The notes under the pieces are model-generated. The model ran no database searches and was not told the DNA's origin. It saw only the letters and a list, made by a program, of their open reading frames with translations. The translations under genes and the position numbers were made by a program. From NCBI GenBank assembly GCA_031275285.1, contig JAISOY010000001.1:6813-70812 (forward strand): a DNA stretch of 64,000 nucleotides, given 5' to 3'. Of the stretch, positions 1 through 9,938 are shown one piece after another. Position 1 is the first letter of the stretch; each line of letters opens with the position of its first letter. This DNA is from Bacteroidales bacterium (lineage in GTDB: Bacteria > Bacteroidota > Bacteroidia > Bacteroidales > UBA4181).

Positions 1-690
1 ATAGATTATTATGGTTAGAGCCATGATTATCATGCCCCAAGTGTTATAACTAATCTTTAAAGGAAGGGTAATAAGAAAAATACCTATTCCCATGATAGGA
101 AGAAATTGAGAAAAGGTATGGCTGTATAAAAAAAAAAGTAAAAATAAAAATAAGCTACCGACAAAAAAAAGACGGAAGAGATATTGAAATCCAATGGGAT
201 TAGAATTATAAAATGTGAGAGGACTAAAAGCGACTGTAGATAATCCATCATCATTAGCAATTAAGCAACATTGATTGTCCACGAGCCTAACAGTTTCATA
301 AATATTCCCACTACCTGTTATTGCATCATACATCTCATTACCAGACACCTGCACCGTATTCTTGATTTGAATTTCACGCATGCAAATTTCGCTATCCTCC
401 TGTATAAAATATAGTTGTATCCAAAGTAAATTTACCCATTCTTCTTTAGGTATAAAAAAAATAATTTCTTTTGTTATGATGTCGTTAGTTGTTGGTAGGA
501 TTTCGATCATTCTAGGTTCGAACCTATCATTATCAGGATTAGGGTATATGTATATTAAAACTGTTTTATTTTCAGGAAAATCTCCAATTATTGATATTTC
601 GTATTCACCATAATTGCATGAAAATAAAAAAAATATGCTAAATACACATAATATTAGTGTGTACCTATTCTGAAATAAATGTGATATCAT
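1..690 (-). CDS. hypothetical lipoprotein/membrane protein, partial (3' end beyond window edge; not in supplied ORF track)
   Basis: The reverse frame in phase with position 1 has no stop from 729 down to position 1; I checked every triplet. ATG at 690 gives MISHLFQNRYTLILCVFSIFFLFSC, a signal peptide with a lipobox-like LFSC. The distal part is strongly hydrophobic (FRLFFVGSLFLFLLFF, IMGIGIFLITL). It overlaps the upstream gene end by 26 nt, like the rest of the operon. Confidence 0.45.
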   Translation of the reverse strand, partial: MISHLFQNRYTLILCVFSIFFLFSCNYGEYEISIIGDFPENKTVLIYIYPNPDNDRFEPRMIEILPTTNDIITKEIIFFIPKEEWVNLLWIQLYFIQEDSEICMREIQIKNTVQVSGNEMYDAITGSGNIYETVRLVDNQCCLIANDDGLSTVAFSPLTFYNSNPIGFQYLFRLFFVGSLFLFLLFFLYSHTFSQFLPIMGIGIFLITLPLKISYNTWGMIIMALTIIIY

Positions 691-1663
691 CAACTTTTTC
701 GTGTAAAAACTCAAATTTAATCGTCCGTTCTAGACCTTCCGATAAAGTATATGGAGCACTAAAACCCAAATCACGAACTTTAGATGCATCAAATTGAGTT
801 GTTGCACAGAATTTTTTTACTCGAACACTGCTTATTGAAAGCTTTTTTGAAGTTATCTTCGACAAGAGATCAAAACAATACCCTCCAAACATTCCTAACC
901 AATAAGGTAACTTTATTGAGGGAATTTTTCGCCCCAAAGATTTCCCAACTACATCTATTAATTCATTTGTAGTTAGATCAGGTTTGTCAGCATAATTATA
1001 AAGACAATACCCTGTTTGTTTGCTTTCAATTGTATATTGCATAAAATTAACAATATTTTCAACATAAGCCATTGATTTTTTATTATTGCAATGACCTATT
1101 TTCAAAAATAATCCTGAAGCAATTTGTTTTAATAAATTATAAACATTTCCCCTGTTACGTTCACCAAAAACAACAGTAGGCCTTATAATTGTTAACATTT
1201 TTTGATCACTCTCATTTCTATACCATGCTCGTAAATGTTCTTCAGCCTGAAACTTTGTTTTACCGTAATGATTGAATGGGTCAGTTGAATGTTCCTCATT
1301 TGGATTATTTTTATTCAATCCATATACCGCGACAGAACTAGTAAATATAATTTTTTTCACACCACATTTTTCCATTGCATGGAGAACATTAAGAGTCCCT
1401 TCTACGTTAACATCATAATAAAGTGATACTGGAGCCACATCATCACGATGTTCTGCGGCAAGTAATATTACTATATCTTGTCCTTTTAATAACTCTTCAA
1501 GCCTATTCTTTTCTCGAACATCCGCAACAGTCGTAATCTCTGGGTAAAAAAGACTATCCTTTTTATCAATATTCAAAAGAGAATAATTACTATCCTGTTT
1601 TAGTAACCCTATAAGTCTAGTTCCAATAAACCCAGATCCACCAATAATACAAATATTTTCCAT
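665..1663 (-). CDS. NAD-dependent epimerase/dehydratase (UDP-sugar 4-epimerase-like, extended SDR)
   Basis: 332 aa. Rossmann motif GGSGFIGTRL at the N-terminus and YxxxK (YGKTK). It follows the WbuB-like transferase, as WbjF/WbpK-type epimerases do in L-FucNAc O-antigen clusters. Confidence 0.8.
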   Translation of the reverse strand: MENICIIGGSGFIGTRLIGLLKQDSNYSLLNIDKKDSLFYPEITTVADVREKNRLEELLKGQDIVILLAAEHRDDVAPVSLYYDVNVEGTLNVLHAMEKCGVKKIIFTSSVAVYGLNKNNPNEEHSTDPFNHYGKTKFQAEEHLRAWYRNESDQKMLTIIRPTVVFGERNRGNVYNLLKQIASGLFLKIGHCNNKKSMAYVENIVNFMQYTIESKQTGYCLYNYADKPDLTTNELIDVVGKSLGRKIPSIKLPYWLGMFGGYCFDLLSKITSKKLSISSVRVKKFCATTQFDASKVRDLGFSAPYTLSEGLERTIKFEFLHEKVDDITFISE

Positions 1664-2890
1664 TTATAAAACTGTATCAAATTGTTTCATAATCTTCTTC
1701 TTCGAAAAAATGTTTTCTGCACAAATACGTGCATTCACACCTAATTGAAAAGCTATATCAAAGTACCTTTCATCAACATTGTTAAAAAACTGCACTAACT
1801 CATCATCATAATCACTAAATGACCATCCAATATTATATTTCAGAATATATCTATCAATTTCACTTCCAGATTCTCCAATATATAATATCGGTTTTGCTGC
1901 TGCTAATATATTATAAAATTTTGAAGGGACACCAAGTCCATACATATTTGGGGATAAAGATATCAAAGCCACCTGACATGAATTTAAAAATACTTCCTGT
2001 TGATCTCGAGAAAATGACTCACCAATCATAACATTAAGATTATCTTTCGTTAACTCTTTTAGTCTTTCTTTATAAGCCCCTTCACCCAAAAAAATAAAAT
2101 AAACCAATGGATTTTTCACTTTATCAATAATTTCCGATAATTTATTAAGTCCTTGAACCCTCCCCATATTCCCAGCAAAAAGAAATACAAATTTATTTTC
2201 TACTCCCCATCTTTTCAGATGGGTGTCATCTTTTGGAATTGGCTTTATCTTATCTATATCACTCCAATTGGGAATAACAATGATTTCTACAGTTTTTTTA
2301 TTTTTCTTCCTAATTTTTTTTTCTAAAACTTCAGCCATATCCGAACCTATTGCAATTAGTCTATTGGCCCTTCTGTAGGATCGATTAAATATTTTTAATA
2401 AAAATCGATACAATATGGAAGTTTTTTTTGAAATAATTCCTGCAGCAATCGAATTTTCCGGAAATATATCATGAACTAAAATGGATAAGTTACTTTTTTT
2501 CAAACGGGCAATCCATGTAAAAAAAATCAAAAGTAATGCAGGATTTGTGACTATTAAAACATTTTCTCTTTTTCGAGCTTTAAATAGAAAACATAAGCAA
2601 AGGGCCATACTTATTCCTATCATTCTAACAATTCGTTTCCAAAAGATATTTTTATTAAAATTGAAGATATTAATTCTATGAATAGTTATTCCAGGTAAAT
2701 GATCATCAGATTTAGTGTAATTTACAGATTCATAGCCTTTAGGTCCACATAATACATGAACATCTCTGGTTAGGCTCATTGATTCAGCGATCTCGGTCAA
2801 AATAGCTGCTGTTGATGATTGTTCCGGATAAAACAATTCAGAAACAATCCACAATCTTGGTTTATTCAAACCAAACCTTTCTTTTGACAT
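1664..2890 (-). CDS. glycosyltransferase family 4, WbuB-like (probable L-FucNAc transferase)
   Basis: 408 aa GT-B type protein placed immediately after the fnlA-fnlB-fnlC triad, the usual position of WbuB-type transferases. The stop abuts the next gene's start. Confidence 0.7.
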   Translation of the reverse strand: MSKERFGLNKPRLWIVSELFYPEQSSTAAILTEIAESMSLTRDVHVLCGPKGYESVNYTKSDDHLPGITIHRINIFNFNKNIFWKRIVRMIGISMALCLCFLFKARKRENVLIVTNPALLLIFFTWIARLKKSNLSILVHDIFPENSIAAGIISKKTSILYRFLLKIFNRSYRRANRLIAIGSDMAEVLEKKIRKKNKKTVEIIVIPNWSDIDKIKPIPKDDTHLKRWGVENKFVFLFAGNMGRVQGLNKLSEIIDKVKNPLVYFIFLGEGAYKERLKELTKDNLNVMIGESFSRDQQEVFLNSCQVALISLSPNMYGLGVPSKFYNILAAAKPILYIGESGSEIDRYILKYNIGWSFSDYDDELVQFFNNVDERYFDIAFQLGVNARICAENIFSKKKIMKQFDTVL

Positions 2891-3986
2891 AATCTGTATA
2901 TGATAATATTATTCGTACTATCTTATCTGAAACATTAGGTATATTATAGTCCGATACTTTTTGAAATTCAGTATTACTATCATTTTCCAGTTGGAACAAA
3001 CCTTGTATTATCCTCTCAGGATTTAAGCCTACCATCATTACGGCAGCTTCTTCCATTGCTTCAGGACGTTCGTGTGCTTCGCGGATATTAAGTGCAGAAA
3101 ACCCCAGTATAGAAGCCTCTTCTGAAATGGTGCCACTATCTGAAAGTACTGCTTTTGCATTAACTTGTAATGATATGTAATCACTTAATGACAATGGTTT
3201 CATTAACCGTATCAAAGGGTCAAATTGTATCTTTTGATTTTCAATTACTTTTCTGGTTCGAGGATGTGTAGAAACTATGATTGGGAACTTATATTTTTCA
3301 ACAATTAAATTCAATGCAACTATCAAATTTTTAAAATTTTGTATATCTGCAATATTCTCTTCGCGATGAGCAGATACTACAAAATATTCCTTTTCATTTA
3401 AATTGAGATCAGTTAAAATGGTTGATGTTTTAATTTTAGGCATATAATTATGTAATACTTCAAACATTGGACTACCCGTTTTTATAATCCTATCTGCAGG
3501 AAATCCCTCATTTAAAAGATACGCTCGTGCAATACTGCTATAGGTAAGATTAATATCACTAATATGATCTACAATTTTACGGTTTGTTTCTTCCGGAACT
3601 CGTTGGTCAAAGCAACGATTTCCAGCTTCCATGTGAAAAATAGGAATGTGACGTTTTTTTGCAGGAATCGCGCATAAGCAACTGTTGGTATCTCCTAATA
3701 CTAGAAATGCATCGGGTTTTTCTTTTTCTAATATAGGATCTATCTTTATTAATATATGACCAATAGTTTCAACAGCATTACTTCCAGCAGCATCCAGAAA
3801 ATAATCCGGCATACGAAGTCCTAAGTCATCAAAAAAAATCTGATTCAACTCATAGTCATAATTTTGTCCTGTATGTATCAGCACATGTTCAATAACCGGG
3901 GACAAATCTAATTTGATCAGAACCCGTGATAATCGGATTATTTCCGGACGCGTTCCTACAACTGTTATTACCTTCAATTTTTTCAT
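2862..3986 (-). CDS. fnlC: UDP-N-acetylglucosamine 2-epimerase (non-hydrolysing), FnlC/CapG type
   Basis: 374 aa. N-terminus KVITVVGTRPEIIRLS is typical of the epimerase_2 family. Third gene of the FnlA/B/C set. Confidence 0.85.
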   Translation of the reverse strand: MKKLKVITVVGTRPEIIRLSRVLIKLDLSPVIEHVLIHTGQNYDYELNQIFFDDLGLRMPDYFLDAAGSNAVETIGHILIKIDPILEKEKPDAFLVLGDTNSCLCAIPAKKRHIPIFHMEAGNRCFDQRVPEETNRKIVDHISDINLTYSSIARAYLLNEGFPADRIIKTGSPMFEVLHNYMPKIKTSTILTDLNLNEKEYFVVSAHREENIADIQNFKNLIVALNLIVEKYKFPIIVSTHPRTRKVIENQKIQFDPLIRLMKPLSLSDYISLQVNAKAVLSDSGTISEEASILGFSALNIREAHERPEAMEEAAVMMVGLNPERIIQGLFQLENDSNTEFQKVSDYNIPNVSDKIVRIILSYTDYVKRKVWFE

Positions 3987-4042
3987 CGCATTTATTTCCT
4001 ACAAAGGTACAGTTGATAGTTGATATGAGCAAATTCTTAATT

Positions 4043-5158
4043 CTAAACTGGCTCAAAATACGTATCAGAATCATTCGGATCAAACTGTTCATTTATCCAA
4101 AATAATGTTAAAAGATTGCCTTGACCAACGTTAGTAATGTTATGGGTATACCAAATAGGCATATCTATATATGTAGGAACTTCATGTGAAACATGAAATT
4201 CTAAAATTTCACTTGTTCCAATTTTACGAATCTGAATTCTTGCACTTCCTTGAATTATAATGAAACGTTCTATTTTACGTGTATGGTAGTGATTTCCCCG
4301 GGTAATTCCAGGTTTTGTTACTGAATATGAAACCTGTCCACCCGCATATAGCTTTATAGCTTCTACAAATGATCCTCGTTCGTCTTTGTTTTCCTGTAAC
4401 AGACTTGGAAAATATTTTTTGATATCAATATATGAACGAAATGTGTTAAACAAATTCAATTTGAACGAAGATAATAGATCAGGGATTATCCCGTTAATAT
4501 AATATTGTTCTTTATAAATGTTCAGGAGTTCTAATACTTGAGATACTTTCTTTTTAACAGAAGGGGGTATAAGTAATTCTTCCTGACTCTTATTTGAGAA
4601 AATAACCTGGTATATACACTCAACCAACTCTCCAACATAAATAAGTTGTAACACACCATCTGTATCTATTATAGGTACCTGTCCATGAGTTAATTGATAG
4701 CAAAAAGTGGCAACTACTGAATTATAATAAGGAGTACCAAAAGGACCAAAAACATTTGGAATAACGAGTCCGGTAAATAATGATTGATGTTGTCTGGCCC
4801 ATAAACTGAAAAGTTCCCGGCCTTTATGTTTTGATTTTCCATACAAATTATCTCTTTCTTCCTGTATAGATGAAGAAAATATAATATGAGGAGTAACTTG
4901 CATCCTATCTAATGCATTAATTAACTGGTGAACAAGATTTATATTTGTTTGGTAAAGTTTTTCCTGATCATCACACCGATTAACTGCGGCTAAATGAACT
5001 ATTACATCACATTTAGCCACAAAATCATTTAACAGGTCCGGATTATCAAAATAAGTATCTTTAAATGGAACAACTTCAATTTCCTCTTTTATTTTCAGGT
5101 AATTAAAAAGATAAGTTCCAATAAATCCTGCCTGCCCGGTAATACCTACTTTCTTCAT
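4043..5158 (-). CDS. fnlB: UDP-L-FucNAc pathway reductase, FnlB/CapF type (SDR N-domain plus cupin C-domain)
   Basis: 371 aa. GITGQAGFIGTYL Rossmann N-terminus and a C-terminal cupin-like segment (GNHYHTRKIERFIIIQG). This is the two-domain CapF architecture, and it lies between fnlA and fnlC. Confidence 0.8.
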   Translation of the reverse strand: MKKVGITGQAGFIGTYLFNYLKIKEEIEVVPFKDTYFDNPDLLNDFVAKCDVIVHLAAVNRCDDQEKLYQTNINLVHQLINALDRMQVTPHIIFSSSIQEERDNLYGKSKHKGRELFSLWARQHQSLFTGLVIPNVFGPFGTPYYNSVVATFCYQLTHGQVPIIDTDGVLQLIYVGELVECIYQVIFSNKSQEELLIPPSVKKKVSQVLELLNIYKEQYYINGIIPDLLSSFKLNLFNTFRSYIDIKKYFPSLLQENKDERGSFVEAIKLYAGGQVSYSVTKPGITRGNHYHTRKIERFIIIQGSARIQIRKIGTSEILEFHVSHEVPTYIDMPIWYTHNITNVGQGNLLTLFWINEQFDPNDSDTYFEPV

Positions 5159-5191
5159 ATTTTTTAACTGGTATTTGAATCCTTCCAGGAA

Positions 5192-6208
5192 TCAGTTAAA
5201 TTTTATATCATCAGCAATAAAAGACAACTTTAATAGTAATTGTTTCATCTCATCTATACTTAACTGATATGTATTATGGGAATGATAATCGTCTATAATA
5301 GATACTTTCTCCTGTCCCTCAACAAAATATTGGTCATAATTTAAGTCCCTTGCGTCACATGGAATCCTGAAATATTTTTCCAGGCTCTCTGATTTAGCCA
5401 TTTCTTCCCTGGTAACAAGCGTTTCATAAAGCTTTTCTCCATGTCTTGTACCAATAACTTTTATCTTGCTTTCTGTCTTATATAATGTAATTAATGCTTG
5501 TGCCAATACCTCAATGGTTGCAGCCGGTGCTTTTTGGACAAAAAGATCCCCATTGTTTCCATTTTGAAAAGCATACAAAACAAGATCTACCGCATCATCT
5601 AATGTCATCATGAAACGAGTCATATTCGGATCTGTTATGGTTAAATCTTTTTCATCTTTTATCTGATTGACAAACAAAGGAATGACCGAACCTCTGCTGG
5701 CCATTACATTCCCATAACGGGTACAGGAAATTATAGTTTCAGCATTATTGCCAAGAGATCGGGCCTTAGCAATAGCTACTTTTTCCATCATTGCTTTCGA
5801 AATTCCCATGGCATTGATTGGATAACATGCTTTATCTGTACTTAACACGACGACACGTTTCACTCCATGTTGTATCGCTGAATCAAGTACATTTTCCGTA
5901 CCTAATACATTGGTACGTACAGCCTGCATAGGGAAAAACTCACAAGATGGGACCTGTTTAAGTGCTGCTGCATGGAAGATATAATCCACTCCATCCATAG
6001 CCCCATCAATGGAACGTTTATCTCGAACATCTCCAATATAGAATTTCACTTTATTACTTTGAAGCTGATGACGCATATCATCCTGTTTTTTTTCATCACG
6101 GGAAAATATACGGATTTCTCTTATATCTGTATTTAAGAAGCGTTTAAGCACTGCATTCCCAAAAGATCCTGTTCCTCCGGTAATCAAAAGAATTTTATCA
6201 GTAAACAT
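5192..6208 (-). CDS. fnlA: UDP-GlcNAc 4,6-dehydratase/5-epimerase, FnlA/CapE type
   Basis: 338 aa. MFTDKILLITGGTGSFGNAVLKRF matches the characteristic CapE/FnlA N-terminus. Polysaccharide biosynthesis CapD-like short form. Confidence 0.9.
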   Translation of the reverse strand: MFTDKILLITGGTGSFGNAVLKRFLNTDIREIRIFSRDEKKQDDMRHQLQSNKVKFYIGDVRDKRSIDGAMDGVDYIFHAAALKQVPSCEFFPMQAVRTNVLGTENVLDSAIQHGVKRVVVLSTDKACYPINAMGISKAMMEKVAIAKARSLGNNAETIISCTRYGNVMASRGSVIPLFVNQIKDEKDLTITDPNMTRFMMTLDDAVDLVLYAFQNGNNGDLFVQKAPAATIEVLAQALITLYKTESKIKVIGTRHGEKLYETLVTREEMAKSESLEKYFRIPCDARDLNYDQYFVEGQEKVSIIDDYHSHNTYQLSIDEMKQLLLKLSFIADDIKFN

Positions 6209-6216
6209 TATATTTT

Positions 6217-7248
6217 TTATATTATGTCCTTTTCATATCCATTATATCTCTTATTTGATAAAAAGTAAAATATATTTCGAATAAAATTTATATTTTTAAA
6301 AATAGATTTTATTTTAGAATATAAACGCTCATATATTTTTCTCCTTTTTACTATATAACCATCTATATCAACACATAAATACGTTTTACATACATTTTTG
6401 TATCTTTTCATAAAAGCATCAAAAATAATATTTTTAATACTAACTGAAAGATCATAAGTTACCGTTCTCAATATTAATTTTTTATTTTCAAGGCTTATAC
6501 TGGTACCATGAAAATGAAAAAAAACAATGGAATAGCTCTTTTCATTAAACATGAATTGATAATTGTTCTGAAATCTGTATTGATTCATGTTCCATGGAGC
6601 TACCCCAATCCCTCTATCTTCAAATATATAAACATTTCTAAATTTTGAAGGAAACATATCTAAATATTTTTGATCACCATACCTTCCATTTTCATAACGT
6701 GCATAACACCATTCAATACAAGAATCTTTCCACCATTTTAAAGCAGCCATTCCATCTTTGTCATTTTTAAAATAAACAAATTGAACACAGTATTTTCCTG
6801 CCGGATCTTCTTTAGGTGTAAAGTGCTCTGTAATAGCTATAGATGCATTTACGCTTTCAATAGTATCAAATGCAATTTTAGGCGAATTAAAAAACATGAG
6901 ATCTGCATCAATATATGTGCAATGTTCCAAGTTAAAATTCCGGATTGTATGGTAAATCGCAGAAGGTCCACAAGTCCAACAATATTCAGCACGATTACGA
7001 GTAGGTTTTACATCCAATAGTTCTTTTGTTTCAAGTTCTTTCAACGAAATAACACTCATTTTAGGTAGACGCAATTTCATTAATTTCTGATAACATTCAT
7101 CATCAAAAGCATATACATACATGTGAAAATTATTACACACACTAAAAAGAGAGTCATAAAGAACTAAACCTTTAGGTAAATAATATGAATCGAAAAGTGT
7201 ACAAAAATTATATGTTGAATGTTCCATGCTTTTATGCTCTCCATTCAT
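6217..7248 (-). CDS. putative glycosyltransferase (GT-A/GT8-like, DxD motif)
   Basis: 343 aa with a DADLMFF (DxD) motif and a nucleotide-diphospho-sugar-transferase-like N-half. The start may instead be the second Met at 7227. Confidence 0.5.
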   Translation of the reverse strand: MNGEHKSMEHSTYNFCTLFDSYYLPKGLVLYDSLFSVCNNFHMYVYAFDDECYQKLMKLRLPKMSVISLKELETKELLDVKPTRNRAEYCWTCGPSAIYHTIRNFNLEHCTYIDADLMFFNSPKIAFDTIESVNASIAITEHFTPKEDPAGKYCVQFVYFKNDKDGMAALKWWKDSCIEWCYARYENGRYGDQKYLDMFPSKFRNVYIFEDRGIGVAPWNMNQYRFQNNYQFMFNEKSYSIVFFHFHGTSISLENKKLILRTVTYDLSVSIKNIIFDAFMKRYKNVCKTYLCVDIDGYIVKRRKIYERLYSKIKSIFKNINFIRNIFYFLSNKRYNGYEKDII

Positions 7249-8335
7249 TTATTAATTCAACCACTTTTTCCACTTCATCTAAAGCAATAACAGGACTCAT
7301 TGGTAAACTCAATTCCTGATTGTGGATCAATTCGGTTATCGGAAAAGATTTATAATTATATTCTTTATAGCATCGTTGTTTGTGAGGTGGAATAGGATAA
7401 TGAACGACTGTATGTACATCATTTTCATACAAATAACCTTGCAGTTCATTTCTTTTTTTTGTCCTGACAGTAAATATATGAAACACATGAGTATCCCAAT
7501 CCATTACTTTAGGCATAATTATCTCCGGATGCTTAATGTGATCAATATAATAACGAGCTACATTTTTTCGATGATTATTATCTTCGTCTATGTATTTAAG
7601 TTTAATGTTTAAAACAGCAGCCTGTATTTCATCCAATCGGCTATTTAATCCCTGATAGTCAAATATATATTTTTTTTCAGAACCATAGTTCGCTAACGTT
7701 CGTATCAAATCGGCAACTTTTTTATCATTGGTTGTAATAGCACCAGCATCCCCAAAGGCTCCCATATTTTTTGTGGGGTAAAAGCTATGCGCAGCAGCGT
7801 CTCCAAGAGATCCGGTCATTTTTCCTCTATATTTACATCCGTGTGCCTGTGCATTATCCTCCATAAGCTTTAATTTATATTTTTTGCATATAGAAGCTAT
7901 TTTTTCTGTATATGCACATTGTCCATATAAATGCACGATCATTATTCCTTTAGTCCTATTTGTTATAAAACCCTCAATTTTTTCAGGATCAATCTGATAT
8001 GTATTGATGTCCGGTTCAACCAGTATTGGAACTAAATTATTTTCAGAAATAGCCAAAATTGTGGCTATATATGTATTAGCGGGAACTATTATTTCATCAC
8101 CATAATGCATTATTCCAAGCTCTATATAAGCCCGCATGATTAACTTCAACGCATCTAATCCGTTAGCAACCCCTACACAATGCTCTGTTCCAATGAATTG
8201 AGCATATTTTTTTTCAAATTCGGCATTTTCATGTCCTTGCAGATACCAACCTGATTCAATGACTCGGCAAACAGCTTGTTTATACTCGTCAAGATGTAAG
8301 TTTGTAACAGCCTGAAGATCTATATTTTTAATCAT
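7232..8335 (-). CDS. DegT/DnrJ/EryC1/StrS-family PLP aminotransferase (FdtB/QdtB-like dTDP-3-keto-6-deoxyhexose aminotransferase)
   Basis: 367 aa. PLP-lysine region FYPTKNMGAFGDAGAI. Directly downstream of two FdtA-like ketoisomerase genes. Confidence 0.85.
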   Translation of the reverse strand: MIKNIDLQAVTNLHLDEYKQAVCRVIESGWYLQGHENAEFEKKYAQFIGTEHCVGVANGLDALKLIMRAYIELGIMHYGDEIIVPANTYIATILAISENNLVPILVEPDINTYQIDPEKIEGFITNRTKGIMIVHLYGQCAYTEKIASICKKYKLKLMEDNAQAHGCKYRGKMTGSLGDAAAHSFYPTKNMGAFGDAGAITTNDKKVADLIRTLANYGSEKKYIFDYQGLNSRLDEIQAAVLNIKLKYIDEDNNHRKNVARYYIDHIKHPEIIMPKVMDWDTHVFHIFTVRTKKRNELQGYLYENDVHTVVHYPIPPHKQRCYKEYNYKSFPITELIHNQELSLPMSPVIALDEVEKVVELINEWRA

Positions 8336-8754
8336 TGTTTAATGTATTTCAAATATTTTTCATATTCCCTGATATAATCGGCTTCATCGTATTTATGTGA
8401 TGCAAGTACCAAGCAAATGGATCCGGATGAAAAACCTCTTTCTGCAGCCCAAATACCGGGAGGAATATGTAATCCATAATAAGGACGGTTCAACAAAATT
8501 GTCCTTTTATTAGAACCATCGTTGAGTTCAACTTCGAAACTTCCGCTTGCAGCGACTAACAACTGATGACATTCTTTATGTGCATGAGCTCCTCTATCCT
8601 CACCTCCGGGAATATCGTAAAGATAAAAAACTCGTTTTATAGCAAAGGGTATATCAACAGAACTATGTATAGGAGTTATATTTCCACAAGCTCGTTCTAC
8701 AATGCGGGGTAGTTCAATAACAGAACATTCAAATATACTAACTTTCTTAACCAT
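8332..8754 (-). CDS. sugar 3,4-ketoisomerase, FdtA/WxcM-like cupin (copy with H-A-H dyad)
   Basis: 140 aa single cupin with GGEDRGAHAHKE. Size and motif fit FdtA/QdtA-type dTDP-4-keto-6-deoxyglucose 3,4-isomerases. Confidence 0.7.
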   Translation of the reverse strand: MVKKVSIFECSVIELPRIVERACGNITPIHSSVDIPFAIKRVFYLYDIPGGEDRGAHAHKECHQLLVAASGSFEVELNDGSNKRTILLNRPYYGLHIPPGIWAAERGFSSGSICLVLASHKYDEADYIREYEKYLKYIKQ

Positions 8755-9163
8755 AATTTACAAATTCCAAAAATTTCGTATAATCTCTAATATAATCGTC
8801 TTCATTATATACAGTTGAAGCCAATACCAAACAAAGCGAATTAGTTGAAAAATTATCTAATTTACGCCATAATCCTTTTGGAACATGCACAGCATGATAT
8901 GAGCGATTGAGACTTATCTTCGTTTGTTCATACCCATCATCTATATTAAGATCAAAACTTCCTGAAATAGCAATAAATACTTCTTCCAATTCCTTGTATG
9001 CATGTCCACCCCTTGATTCACCGCCAGGAACATCATAAATGAAATATACTCTTTTTATTTCGAACGGTATATGATTATGCTCTTCAACAAAAGTTAGATT
9101 TCCCCTATCATCCATTATTTTGGGGAGATTAAACAATTTAACCTGTGACAATATCATTTTCAT
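8747..9163 (-). CDS. sugar 3,4-ketoisomerase, FdtA/WxcM-like cupin (paralogue with H-A-Y)
   Basis: 138 aa, a tandem paralogue of the neighbouring cupin, with GGESRGGHAYKE. Confidence 0.7.
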   Translation of the reverse strand: MKMILSQVKLFNLPKIMDDRGNLTFVEEHNHIPFEIKRVYFIYDVPGGESRGGHAYKELEEVFIAISGSFDLNIDDGYEQTKISLNRSYHAVHVPKGLWRKLDNFSTNSLCLVLASTVYNEDDYIRDYTKFLEFVNYG

Positions 9164-9938
9164 TTTCTTTCAGTTTAAATAAACATCCTTTATATTCTGA
9201 AGGTAGATTTAATTGATACTTATCTTTAAAGTAATAAACTGGCTCATATCCATATTGGTTGAAAAAATTCATGAATTTATGTTCACTAAAAATCCAACAT
9301 GGATAGCTTGCATTATAATAATTTTTGGGAACTTTTTGAATAGTGATCCTGTCAGACTGACTTTTCGTGAAACCAGTACGAGTTATGACGATGTATTTAA
9401 ATTTCTTTCCAAGAACATCGGATAATAAATCATAAGGACTTTCCAAATATTGTAATACGGAACCGAACAATACACCTTGAATTTCTTCTGTATTTTGAGA
9501 AATACAGTCATCAACCGACATGTGAAATTTCAAAATATCAGTTTCAAATTTTTTTTTCCCATATTCGACGAAATGAGGTTGTTCCACTACATTCCATCGG
9601 ATTCTCTCTAACTGGTCAAAAAATATTTTATTTTGGTAATACGCAGTACCCAGAGCACCACCAAAGTCAATAATATTCAGTTTACCTTTGTTTTGAGCTG
9701 CTATCCACATCAAAGAAAGTAACAACTCCCAAGGATATTGTTTTGCCTGTTTATTTGATGCATTCTTTAATTCTAACAGGGTTCTTTCGGCTTTTATGAG
9801 AATATTTTCCGCATCGTAACCGGTTGTGAGCCTACTTGCTTCGTCCCACGTTTTATAGTTTCCATACCAGCCACTGCCTCGAAAAAAGACAAATAACCTG
9901 GATGGTATATGATGAATAATGTGATATTTCATACTCAT
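9138..9938 (-). CDS. putative SAM-dependent methyltransferase (O-antigen-cluster type)
   Basis: 266 aa. Glycine-rich motif-I-like IIDFGGALGTAY. It resembles methyltransferases seen in LPS loci; the subfamily assignment is from memory only. Confidence 0.55.
   Translation of the reverse strand: MSMKYHIIHHIPSRLFVFFRGSGWYGNYKTWDEASRLTTGYDAENILIKAERTLLELKNASNKQAKQYPWELLLSLMWIAAQNKGKLNIIDFGGALGTAYYQNKIFFDQLERIRWNVVEQPHFVEYGKKKFETDILKFHMSVDDCISQNTEEIQGVLFGSVLQYLESPYDLLSDVLGKKFKYIVITRTGFTKSQSDRITIQKVPKNYYNASYPCWIFSEHKFMNFFNQYGYEPVYYFKDKYQLNLPSEYKGCLFKLKENENDIVTG

Noticed and set aside
505-535. tRNA T-arm-like string aggttcgaacct
   Set aside because: There is no acceptor stem, D-arm or anticodon arm around it, and it lies inside the open minus-strand coding frame.
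380-613. 77-aa plus-strand ORF from the track
   Set aside because: It lies antisense to a longer open minus-strand frame that has a convincing lipoprotein signal and operon-style overlap. Its composition is low-complexity and it has no start context.
3889-4092. 67-aa ORF bridging the fnlB-fnlC junction
   Set aside because: It overlaps the start of fnlC and the end of fnlB in another frame, and nothing independent supports it.
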